Shown here: positions 52,351 to 62,389 of the stretch, piece after piece | How the letters are laid out: the number at the start of each line of letters is the position of its first letter | Position numbering within the stretch: the first letter of the stretch is position 1 | NCBI GenBank assembly: GCA_043228905.1 | Contig: JBHGNT010000014.1 | Coordinates: 5,642,001-5,706,000, forward strand | DNA from: Azolla caroliniana | Lineage: Eukaryota; Plantae; Polypodiophyta | Direction of reading: 5' to 3' | DNA length: 64,000 nt | The notes under the pieces: model-generated | Databases searched by the model: none | What the model was told of the DNA's origin: nothing | Seen by the model: only the letters and a program-made list of their open reading frames with translations | Made by a program: the position numbers and the translations under genes

Positions 52351-54428
52351 TTATTGGATTTAAGGGATTACTGACCTGTATAGGTCCTCTACCAGGTCTG
52401 TCACTATTGAGGTTTTGTGAGAGAGTCTTTGTGTTGACTACTTTTTATGGGAATGCCATTTTTGGGACATCAAATAAATTACAATGGTTTCTTACTGCAC
52501 GATGTCTTGCACAAACTATGAAAGTAGAGATATTGCTTCTTATATACTAGCAATGCATTTGGCAGAAACACCAAAGGCAATGTTTGGAATAAAACCAGGC
52601 AAGATGAGATAGACTAGCATACGTAAAATTACCAGTGGCCTCATCTATTTCGAACTTGAAAGCGGCATTGACAAGAGCATGAGCATTTACATTCCGTAAA
52701 GCAACCTTATATGTAAAGAACGATACATGCAGACCAAAAGCTGGAAGGCGCACTTCAAGTATAACCATAATTTGTTTGGATAATTGGAAAAACTGATCAA
52801 GAGTTATCAAATCCATTAGTTGTAGGGAATTTCCTGAAGCAATATATAACCTTGCATCTGCAGCCATCAAGATGGTAGAAATATCAGAAATGAAGTCTGC
52901 ATGATCATGGGCCATCATCAAATTTCCCGCAACAGACCCCACGTTTCTGATCTGAGGCGTTGCAACCTGCCATCAAATACCTGTATTTTATTGACATACA
53001 AGATCAATCAATGTCAGGGATAGCAAACTATGCTTATTCTTACTCTTTTCAAGTGTCTAAAGATTGGAGGATAAGTAGATGAAAATCCTTGTTTTCCCAA
53101 ATAAGATTCATAAAATCTGTGATAGGCAATGCTCCACCAATAGTTACACCGTCATCACAAACTTGCGACGTCAGTAGTTCAGGGACCCGTGATATATCTA
53201 TGACAAAGTCGTAGTCCTTAGTGGGATATACTCCAGTGTATTACCTACAACCAATCTGATTCTCTCTGACTTTCCCTTTGTCTCTCAATTTCAGAGAACA
53301 GTTCTAACAAGGAATGAACTCGTTGCCAAGTAATCCCCTGCTTAGACGACTTTATTATTGGGCCTCTCACAATGCTGGGAGTGTACCCGATATCCTCAAT
53401 GTCTCTACTTGGAATCTGACAGGTTATCTTACAACCATCATGATGATTCACTTTGCATGAAAACGTTTGAAAAGCATCAAGAATTGGCCTATAGCCAGTG
53501 CATCTGTATAGGGTGGGCAAAGATCAATAAATGCTCTTCATCACAGTAATGCTGACACAAATGAGGAAATAAACGAAATGCTATACCTGCATAGATTGCC
53601 ATCAAGCTGATCTTCGACTTCTTGTTGAGTTGGATTTGGTGAAGATATCATTAAGCCACTCATGCTCATAACCTACACATGAGTGAAAGAAGTCAGCCAA
53701 GTGCTTCTAATACAAGTCCAGATATGTACACTCCTTGCTGAAATTGAATAGAAATTCAACACCGCTTGCTGTAATTGTCTCTCTAGAATCCATAGACGCC
53801 AAAAGAGACTGTAGTCATACAAATCCAGGACTGCAGAAACCGCATTGAGTGCCATGGTGTCGAACAAGAGCTTCTTGCAGTGGCGACAATCCGATCTTCT
53901 CCGATCCCAATCCCTCAACCGTAGTGACAGAAAGCCCATCCATCAAAATCAAAGGCCGAAGAATTGATTGGCAGAGGTGAACTAAAACTATCTGGATCAA
54001 ATTTTTGTACAAAATTTCTAATTCTTTGGAAAGAAGATGATGATGAAGATGGAGTAGTGAGAATAACAGTACAAGCTCCGCATCCTCCCTGTTTGCATGG
54101 AAGTTTAAGTCCTTTTAATGACAAATGATCTCGCAGGTAGTCTGCCAAACTGAGATGCGGCTTGGGATTGTGTACAACAACAAGCTCTCCATTGACATAG
54201 AAGCTTATTGTAACTGACTGATCATGCTTAGGATTCTCCATAGAGAAGAACAAACTGTTTATTGTTCAGGATTTCTACCGAGCAGTGCTATGCGTTGGAG
54301 ACATATATATGAGTATAGGTTTAGGGTTTGAATTTTAGGATTCAGGAACTCTTCCAGAGATTGCTTTGCATCCTACTGGTGTAGATTTTCGGATTTCCAT
54401 CAAACAAATCCTTGCACTGAAAAGAGAC

Positions 54429-54460
<32 letters not shown>

Positions 54461-54788
54461 ACTGGTGACTGAACCTTATGATTGGTTTTTTTTTACTAAT
54501 CATTGACTTTGCAATATTATATGAATAGGATGATACATACAGATTTACAGTTTAGGGTTTTCTAATAGGTACTGAATATACATACATATGTATGTATACA
54601 CTGAATTAGGGTTTAAGGGTTTAGGAACTCTACCAAAGGATGGTTAGAATTGGAGATATATGGCTGATTTGTATTGCAAACATGGTATACGTTTTAAGAC
54701 ATTAAAAAATTTTAGATGAACCGATTTCAGACCACGGGCATCACGTGTGTCAGCATGCATGTGCATTTCCTTGTTCCTCATTACATAT

Positions 54789-55022
54789 TGTTGAGAGACA
54801 AGCTCAACATAGGCTGAATCAGCTGAAGAAGCTGGTGAAACTGGAAGACACGTGCTGGTACATGAATCGAAGCAATAAGAATAATATTCTTACGAATGCG
54901 AGAGTTGTTGAGAGACAAGCTCAACATAGGCTGAATCAGCTGAAGAAGCTGGTGAAACTGGTAGACACGTGCTGGTACATGAATCGAAGCAATAAGAATA
55001 ATATTCTTACGAATGCGAGAGT
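54789..55022 (+). repeat. 117-bp tandem duplication of the LTR start
   Basis: 54789-54905 and 54906-55022 differ at one position. Confidence 0.9.
54950..54973 (+). other. Plastid trnL(UAG)-like D-arm fragment
   Basis: TGGTGAAACTGGTAGACACGTGCT vs plastid trnL-UAG TGGTGAAATTGGTAGACACGCTGCT; the match is short. Confidence 0.55.
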
Positions 55023-55064
55023 TATTGCGCTCATTACTAATATTACTCAGTATCAGGCAAAGCA

Positions 55065-55292
55065 AAAACCAATAAGAGTATTTGTGATCAGTGTGACTAT
55101 CATCTTCGAATGAATAGCATCGAAAGAATTGAACTTCTAATTGATCACGACACTTGGATTCCCATGGATGAAGACACGACCGCAACAGATGTTTTGGGTT
55201 TCTCCGATGAGGATTTCTATCACAGTCATATCACTAATTCTCAAGAAGAGACAAGTTTGACAGATGTCGTTCAAACAGGTATAGGACATCTA
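55065..55292 (+). pseudogene. accD: Plastid accD fragment (nuclear plastid DNA) inside the LTR
   Basis: KTNKSICDQCDYHLRMNSIERIELLIDHDTWIPMDED...FSDED...LTDVVQTGIGHL matches the AccD zinc-finger-proximal region. Confidence 0.9.
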
Positions 55293-55731
55293 GAAGCCAA
55301 GAGCCGAATCGAATAGAGTTCAAGTCGGATGAAATCCAAATGGCCATTAGGGGCCTATATTCCTATTATAGTGAGTAGGAATATTATAGGCTGTTAGTGT
55401 CTGACTCAATTAATGAGCATTCAAGTACTTGTAAGTACTTGTGTTAGCCCACTCATCGGGGCTTGTATGTAAAAAGTGCTCATTGAGCACGTTGGATGTA
55501 CAAAGTGTCGATTATTGTTGAATACGAGTTTGTTGTCTGCTCTCTCTGTCTCTCTCTCACTCACTGTGTATCTATTCTTTGCGTTTTCCTAATTGTCAAG
55601 TTTCGAACAATCGATTGTGTACTGGGTGTCTTTCACACACACTTCCGCACACGCATTCTTTTTCATGGTATTAGAGCGCGAGGGTTGAGACTCCTCTATA
55701 GCCGACAAGAAAGCAAGCGATCAAGATAGAG

Positions 55732-56332
55732 CAAGGTTGTTAGGCACGTTAGATACGGTACAAATACCATACGTATATGACGTATTAATACGCGTATAGT
55801 ACCTCCCAATTAAAAAATACGTTAAATATGTCTTTTAGTATGTTAAATACTTATAAAATACTTATTTTACGTATAGTATGTTAAATACTTTTAGAATTTG
55901 AAAATTATTTACCTTTCTAAAATATATTTGTAATATTGTAAAAAGCATCTATATTTACACAATTTTGTGATGTACATTATAGTTCTACATCTTAAAATAC
56001 TTATAATATGGATGTCGACATTCACTTATTCTATAAATCAATGTAAGCGTGTATCATGATGTTCTATTTCAAATTCTAATTATTTACGATTATGCCCTCA
56101 TAAATTGAGGAATCGGCTACGATTATCACACTCAGGATAAGTTTCTCTCTTCTTTTCTCTCTTCTTCATCTTCATCTTCTATCTTCTATGATTATCACAG
56201 TCAGAGTTAGGACATGTTTCTGTTCTTCTTTCTAATATTTAACTGAACAACATTGAGGTATAGTACGTACTACACAAATTATGAGGTACTATACGTATTT
56301 AAACGTTAAATATGGGTACGTAAACAACCATC
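55732..56332. mobile_element. hAT-type MITE in the Copia E leader
   Basis: Imperfect TIR CAAGGTTGTT / AACAACCATC, 8-bp TSD AGATAGAG/AGACAGAG, and TACG subterminal repeats. Confidence 0.75.
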
Positions 56333-57075
56333 AGACAGAGACAAGCTTTCTTCGTTTTTCGGAAAAAGAGAAGACAGGAACATGGATAGAGGAATGGGAA
56401 GCTCACTTCCGAAAGAGAAGCTTGATAGGAGCAACTACGCATCTTGGCCATACAAGATGCACCAGTACCTACTCGGCCATGGTTACTGGAGTTATGTCGA
56501 ATGAACTAATGATGCAACACCCAAGTCGACACACATAGATTTCCCAGCTTGGGGACAGGCGCCAAACAAAGTTTTGTACTACTTTGCATCCTGTGTGAAT
56601 GACCAACTTTCGACCTATATCAGGGACGCCAAAATGCTAAAGGATGCTTGGGGAAATCTGAAGAACATTTTTGCCACAAGCACCACAACCGAAAAGTTAT
56701 AGCTCACACAAGAGCTGAGCAACGTTCGACAGAGAGATATGTCGGTGGCTGACTATACCTCCAAGACAAAGGAGATATGCGACTCTCTTGCTCCCGTCAA
56801 TGTAACCATGGAAGAGGACGAGATGGTACAAGTCTGTCTCAGAGGCTTGGTGTCAAAGTTCGAAGCATTCCGAATGACAATCTGCACGAGGGAGAATACG
56901 CCTTCGTTTTTCGAGCTTTAATCAATGTTGCTCGTAGAAGAGAACTATCAGGAGCAGTACTAAGACAGAGAAGTATTGTCATGAACAGTACTAAGACAGA
57001 TAAGGAATTAGTACTAAAAGATGAGGATTAATACTAAGGGAGGTGTAGAACTCTCGAGAGAAGGAAAGAGTGAGT

Positions 57076-57113
<38 letters not shown>

Positions 57114-57334
57114 TGATAACAAAAGATATATATATTATGTTAAGAGAATATACAATAGTAGCTAGGAGGCTTAAGACTGGCATTGAACCGATTTGGTTCA
57201 AAATAATGCCTTGTGCCTCCTTTTATAGTGTTCTCAGGAGTACTCCTGAAGTTTCTAGAATGTTATAGAGAAATTTGGAATATACATCAATTTTCTGTAG
57301 TAAAACTTAAATGAAAATAATATCCTTCGTATTA

Positions 57335-57405
57335 CAGCAAATAGTCTAATGGTCAAGAGCTCGACCCATGTAACATAAGGTCATGGGTTCAAGTCTTTCC
57401 ATATC
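57335..57405 (+). ncRNA. tRNA-like A/B-box cassette in the chromovirus 3' LTR
   Basis: A-box TAGTCTAATGG at 57342 and B-box GGTTCAAGTC at 57386; spacing 44 nt. Confidence 0.7.
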
Positions 57406-58120
57406 ATGACACTATCCCTCCTTTAAAACAATGAGTGTCACGAGTCGTTTTGGATTGAGGACCCGGTTTGTCTGGATATTGACGATGGAAGTCTTCAAGA
57501 AGAGCATGAGCATTGGTCACATTCTTTATTGGTTCCCAAGTACTCTCGCTAGGACTATATCCTAGCCAATCGACTAAATAGTAGAGCTTGTTGCGAACAA
57601 TCTTGGAATCGAGGATGGCGGCAACCTCATACTTAGGTCCATCTTCAAGTTCGATCAAGGGTGGAGGTTGTTTAATACGACCTGGGATGGTGCTATCTTG
57701 ATAGGGTTCGAGGAGAGAACTATGAAACACCAGATGTATCCGAAGTTGTGGAGGTAGATCAAGAAGAAAAGTGGCATCATTAATTTTTCCGATAATATAG
57801 AAAGGACATAATCGTTGATAATCCAACTTCTCGCAGGGGCGAGTAGTCTTGATGGGTCGTCGAAGTAGCCATACTCGATCTCCAATGTTAAAACTAGATG
57901 GAAGCCGATGACGATCTGCATAAACATTGTGTGTTTGTTGAGCTTGCTGTAGATGAGTAGATAAATCCACTTGTATCTTGCGTAACCGCTCCAAACGATC
58001 CTCTACACAAGGATTTGTGGGTAACTTTGGGGTTTCAAATACACACCACCGGGGGTGACAACCCGTATAAGCATAAAATGGTGTAACCTTTGTCGATCTT
58101 GATGATAGCTTAGAAAGCAC
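57404..58120 (-). pseudogene. Integrase C-terminus with chromodomain
   Basis: GPY/F-like region (KLDYQRLCPF) and YEVAAILDSK...YLVDWLGYSPSESTWEP. Confidence 0.9.
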
Positions 58121-60817
58121 CGAAGATGTTGCTCCAGCATTTGATTTGTTCGTTCTACTTGGCCGTCTGTTTGCGGGTGGTAGCCGGAGGAGAGGTTACA
58201 AGTGACCTTGAGCATTTTAAAGAGGTGCTTCCAGAATTTCGAGATGAACTAGGGTCCACGGTCGCTAATGATACTATTGGGAAGGCCATGATGTCGACAT
58301 ACTTCATGCATGACAGTTTCGGCGGTTTCCTCACTGGAGATTTCCTTAGTACATCTTTGTATATCGATCTACTACTGTTAAGATCGCATCGAATACCTTA
58401 GAGACCGGAAGATCTATGATGAAAATTGAAATCTAGAGCAATGGATTGCCACGGCTTGCTTGGAATTGGTAATGGTTCTAATAAACCATATGGATGATGC
58501 CTTGGCATTTTTGCTTTGCAACATGTATCAAAAGTCCAAACAAAATCTTCGACAAATTGTCACATATGGGGCCACCAGAATGATCGTTGTACTAAATCTA
58601 ATGTTTTAATACTACCAAAATGCCCAGCTGTATATGTGTCATGATAGTTTTGGACTACTCGAAGGCAACAAGAACCATTAGGAACATACAACAATTTCTT
58701 AAAGAATAGTAATCCATCATGACATTCGAATTGTCGATAGTCCGTACCTGGTTGTTGCGACTATGAACAAGATGCTCGAGAGGGATCAATTTGTGCTAGA
58801 ATGGCTTGGGTGAAAGCATTTGTCTTCAAGTCCTCACGTATGATATCGATAACGTGGGAATCAAAGGGCATTCCGAAGACCTGTGTTGCTTGCAGTCATG
58901 CTGGTCCCAGGATTACTTGCTTTTGGTTATCGAAAGCTGGCATGCCAAGACGCGGTCCTAGATATGAGCGTCATGATAATGCATCTGCCTTCCCTTGTTG
59001 CTTCTCCGAACGATATGTAATTTTGAAGTCAAAATGAGTGAGGAATTGGTCCCATCGAGCTTGATGTCGATTTAACACACGAGCATTCTGAAAGTAGGTA
59101 AGGTTTTTGTGATCACTGAATACGGTGACTTGATGAGAAGATCCCTCTAGAAAATGCCTCCATTCCGTAAAAGAGTCCACTATTGCTAATAGCTCATTAT
59201 CATGAATTTCGTAGTTGATTTCTAGGATACTAATTATATTAAATGATACTACACACGCTAAATTATTTAGGACAATATTCACGGGCTCTAACTCTTCTAT
59301 GATATTTCTGGAAGCAATGGGACGACCATCAATGACTACTACAAAGGCTAGACACGAGAGTTTTCTTAGGGATATCTGATGAGCTTGGGAAAATTTCCTA
59401 TCCATGAAGCAAGAATTAAGTCTGGGATCTAGGAGTGCTGAGACATGTACTGGAGAGGCACTTTTAGTACTAACGGTTACTTGGGTTAAGAACACATTGC
59501 TAACTTGCTTAGAGGGAATGGAACCACTAATCGGATGCATAGATCTAGGGTTGTCCAACCAAATGACTCCTATTTTGGCTAGACTTAGTCGTTTAACTCT
59601 TCTTCTAACTGACAAAGGACATCAAATTTGTTCGATAGATTTGGGCTATTAGTACTATTAGGACTATCAGATATTCCTATCGAAATAGACGGGTTTAGTA
59701 CAATTAGGACTAGCAACTATTTGGTTCATCTGTCTTCTTGGCCTATGGGGACAGTTCATTGCAATATGCTCTGGTCCACCACAATAAAGACATAGTCGAT
59801 TTTCTTGACGTCGCTACTTTTCTTCTTCCAATAATGGTCCGCGACGACGTATAGTGTCAATTTCCATCGGAGTTGGAGTATTAACTAGAGGCGCATTATA
59901 TGACTCCCTTGGAAAAGGTTTTGCTACCACTGAGGCATAGGTGGGCTCTGATCTTGCCCTTGGCTTCTGGAACTGACGTTCCGAATGTCATTCGAAAAGA
60001 TGGTTGTCGCATCTCACCGCGCGACTGATTGCTTCTGTCAATGACTTTGGTTCTTCGGGGAAGGTCAAGAGTAAATCCTTGACATCGTTACGTAGACCAT
60101 AACGAAATTGATCCATAAGTGCTTGGTCATCCTAGGGGATATTGGAGGTGAGTAGGCGGAAATCTGCAACGTATGTGGAGGCTGGACGATCACCTAGACG
60201 TAATCGTCGGATTTTGTTGATTGTGTTCCTTATGCTGTTACTATCTCCAAAACAGGCTTTAAACTCACTTAAAAACTCTTCAAAATTGTTTAGTAAAGGA
60301 GATTCCTTTTCTAACAACGGAGCGAACCATGCCAAAGCTGAGCCACTTAACAACATGCCTACTAAACCCACTCATGATGCATCGGTGGGATATCGAGAAG
60401 GATGCATTTGAATGACTAATCGTACCTGATTAAGGAATCCTCTAAACTGCGATCGCGTTCCATTGAATTTCATGGGAAGGCCGATCTTGGGTTCTTTATG
60501 AACCCCTTGCGTACTGGGTCCTTGTTGTTGCATTGCTACTATGGTTGCTTCGAGTTGTTGCATGCGTAACGCTAGTTCCCCGTGTTGTTGTTGCGTCTGC
60601 TGCTTCTCTAAGGAGATTTGTTGAAGCTCCCCCAATAATCGTTGATTTTCTTGTTCCAATGCGAGAAACCTCTCTTTCAAGCATTGAAACTCCGAAAAAA
60701 ACAGATTGATATTCTTGAACGCTAACAATGGCCATAGTATAAGAGAAAAGAGGAATAAGAGATTAGTATGAAGGGAGGGAGAAGTAAGAAGATAAAGGAA
60801 GAGAAGGAAGGAGACCA

Positions 60818-60829
60818 AAATCGGTTCAA
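60818..60829 (-). promoter_or_regulatory. Self-priming PBS (complementary to LTR 61059-61070)
   Basis: Element-sense TTGAACCGATTT, 2 nt from the LTR, is complementary to AAATCGGTTCAA located 33 nt downstream of the LTR TATA start (61103). Confidence 0.8.
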
Positions 60830-60955
60830 ATAGTCAGGAGCAGTACTAAGACAGAGAAGTATTGTCAAGAACAATACTAAGACAGATAAGGAATTAGTAC
60901 TAAAAGATGAGGATTAGTACTAAGGGAGGTGTAGAACTCTCGAGAGAAGGAAAGA

Positions 60956-60987
<32 letters not shown>

Positions 60988-61210
60988 ATGATGATAACAA
61001 AAGATATATATTATGTTAAGAGAATATACAATAGTAGCTAGGAGGCTTAAGACTGGCGTTGAACCGATTTGGTTCGAAATAATGCCTTGTGCCTCCTTTT
61101 ATAGTGTTCTCAGGAGTATTCCTGAAGTTTCTAGAATGTTATAGAGTAATCTAGAATATACATCAATTTTCTGTAGTAAAACTTAAATGAAAATAATATC
61201 TTTTGTATTA

Positions 61211-61280
61211 TAGCAAATAGTCTAATGGTCAAGAGCTTGACCCATGTAACAAAAGGTCATGGGTTCGAGTCTTGTCATAT
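61211..61280 (+). ncRNA. tRNA-like A/B-box cassette in the chromovirus 5' LTR
   Basis: A-box TAGTCTAATGG at 61218 and B-box GGTTCGAGTC at 61262. Confidence 0.72.
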
Positions 61281-62389
61281 CACAAGAACCACTCGGTTGT
61301 GTCGATGACTACGCACATCGATAACAAGATGTTGTACACGGAGATGAATCGGCCCCATGATCATGGTGGATGAGGCGGGTCGGCACGCAATGGAGCCGAC
61401 CAACATGAGCAAAACTCGAGGCATAATCTAAATGTTAACGACGGTACTGAACCCTCCACGAGTAGAGGGAGTCAAGGCGGTGTCGGACGTTGGCAAGGGA
61501 AAGTCGCAATCGACTACTAGTACTATGGCCAAAAGGGCCACAGATAGAGCGAGTGCTGGAATAAGCAAGCCGATTCGGATCAAGCTGAGGGGATGCAGAT
61601 AGGTGTCAAAGATCGCACTACGTTGAAGGCTTAGGGCGAGCCGAGACGGGCCCAACCTTTTTGTAATGAAGCGCAAGGCCAACTCAATGGCGGTGAACAC
61701 CTCAAGGTCAAACGAGGTGTGGTATGTGGATTCAGGCGCATCGAACCACATGACAAATCACAAGGAGTGGTTCTCGACTCTGGAGCTGTCGGGGGTTGTC
61801 GAAACTGGCAATGACACACCTCACCCCATTGAACACATCAGATATGTCCCTATGAGCCATGTTGGTCAGAGAGGAATAATGAGAAATGTCTTGCATGTGC
61901 CGACAAACACCAAGAACGTGGTGTCGGTCGGACAAATTGTCAACCAAGTCATGCAAGTTTGCTTTACTCACCTCAGTTGTTTCATAGAGGAAGAAGGCAA
62001 GATCATCGCGCAAGGGTGTAGAGATGGGAGGATGTTTATGCTCGAAATGAAGGGCGTAGGCACCACTATGTTTGCCAAGGGACAAAAAGTCGAATCGGAT
62101 ATTGACTTGTGGCACAAGTGGTTCAGCCATGTAAACTTCCTGCGGCTTCGGGAAATGCAGACAAAGAACATCGTTTTCGGCTTGCCGAAATTTAGTGGCC
62201 CAAAGGGTCAAGTCTGTGAAGCCTGCCAATTAGGGAAGCATCACTGACTTCCATTCCCAAATGAAAGAAATCGGCGCCGAAACAAGTTCGATTTAATCCA
62301 TTCGGATGTATGGGGATTGGTGCAAAAAGTGAGTATTGGTAGAGGTCGTTACTTTGTAACCTTCAACGATGACTACACTCGGCACACTT

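Larger units (their letters stand above)
33742..54241 (-). pseudogene. Molybdo-flavoenzyme of the aldehyde oxidase / xanthine dehydrogenase family, probably pseudogenised
   Basis: GT-AG exons at 54241-53821, 53672-53587, 53503-53044, 52966-52633, 51109-50919, 38222-38050, 37738-37520, 37440-37294, 35897-35728, 35506-35454, 35358-35282, 34710-34636, 34500-34384, 34148-34114 and 33922-33742. Motifs [69 protein letters not shown] and GEPP. Frameshifts, an in-frame stop and missing exons. Confidence 0.9.
56946..61284 (-). mobile_element. Chromovirus (Tcn1-like Ty3/Gypsy) with RT deleted; 3' LTR 56946-57411, 5' LTR 60832-61284
   Basis: Paired LTRs, perfect TSD AGAAC within the Copia gag (LLVEENH), PPT at 57412. 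Gag (PMKFNGTRSQFRGFL), CLYCGGPEH knuckle, PR, RNase H, IN and chromodomain. Confidence 0.93.
54789..62389 (+). mobile_element. Degenerate Ty1/Copia E: 5' LTR 54789-55665, PBS 55666-55677, gag/PR/GAG-pre/IN start; interrupted at 62390 by Copia F, remainder outside the window
   Basis: LTR start TGTTGAGAGACAAGCTCAAC as in D, PBS TGGTATTAGAGC, and WYVDSGASNHM. Lies about 550 bp upstream of the oxidase ATG, divergently oriented. Confidence 0.9.

Noticed and set aside
54310-54630. Interstitial telomere array
   Set aside because: Only isolated 1-2 unit TTTAGGG motifs, better read as telo-boxes.
54745-55185. Novel repeat-containing proteins (122 and 134 aa)
   Set aside because: Artefacts of the 117-bp LTR duplication and the plastid insert.
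55065-55316. Functional nuclear-transferred accD
   Set aside because: Only 76 codons, with no transit peptide and no carboxyltransferase catalytic core.
57070-57110. (GA)n microsatellites (also about 2060, 60960, 62480)
   Set aside because: Ordinary CT/GA tracts within LTRs.
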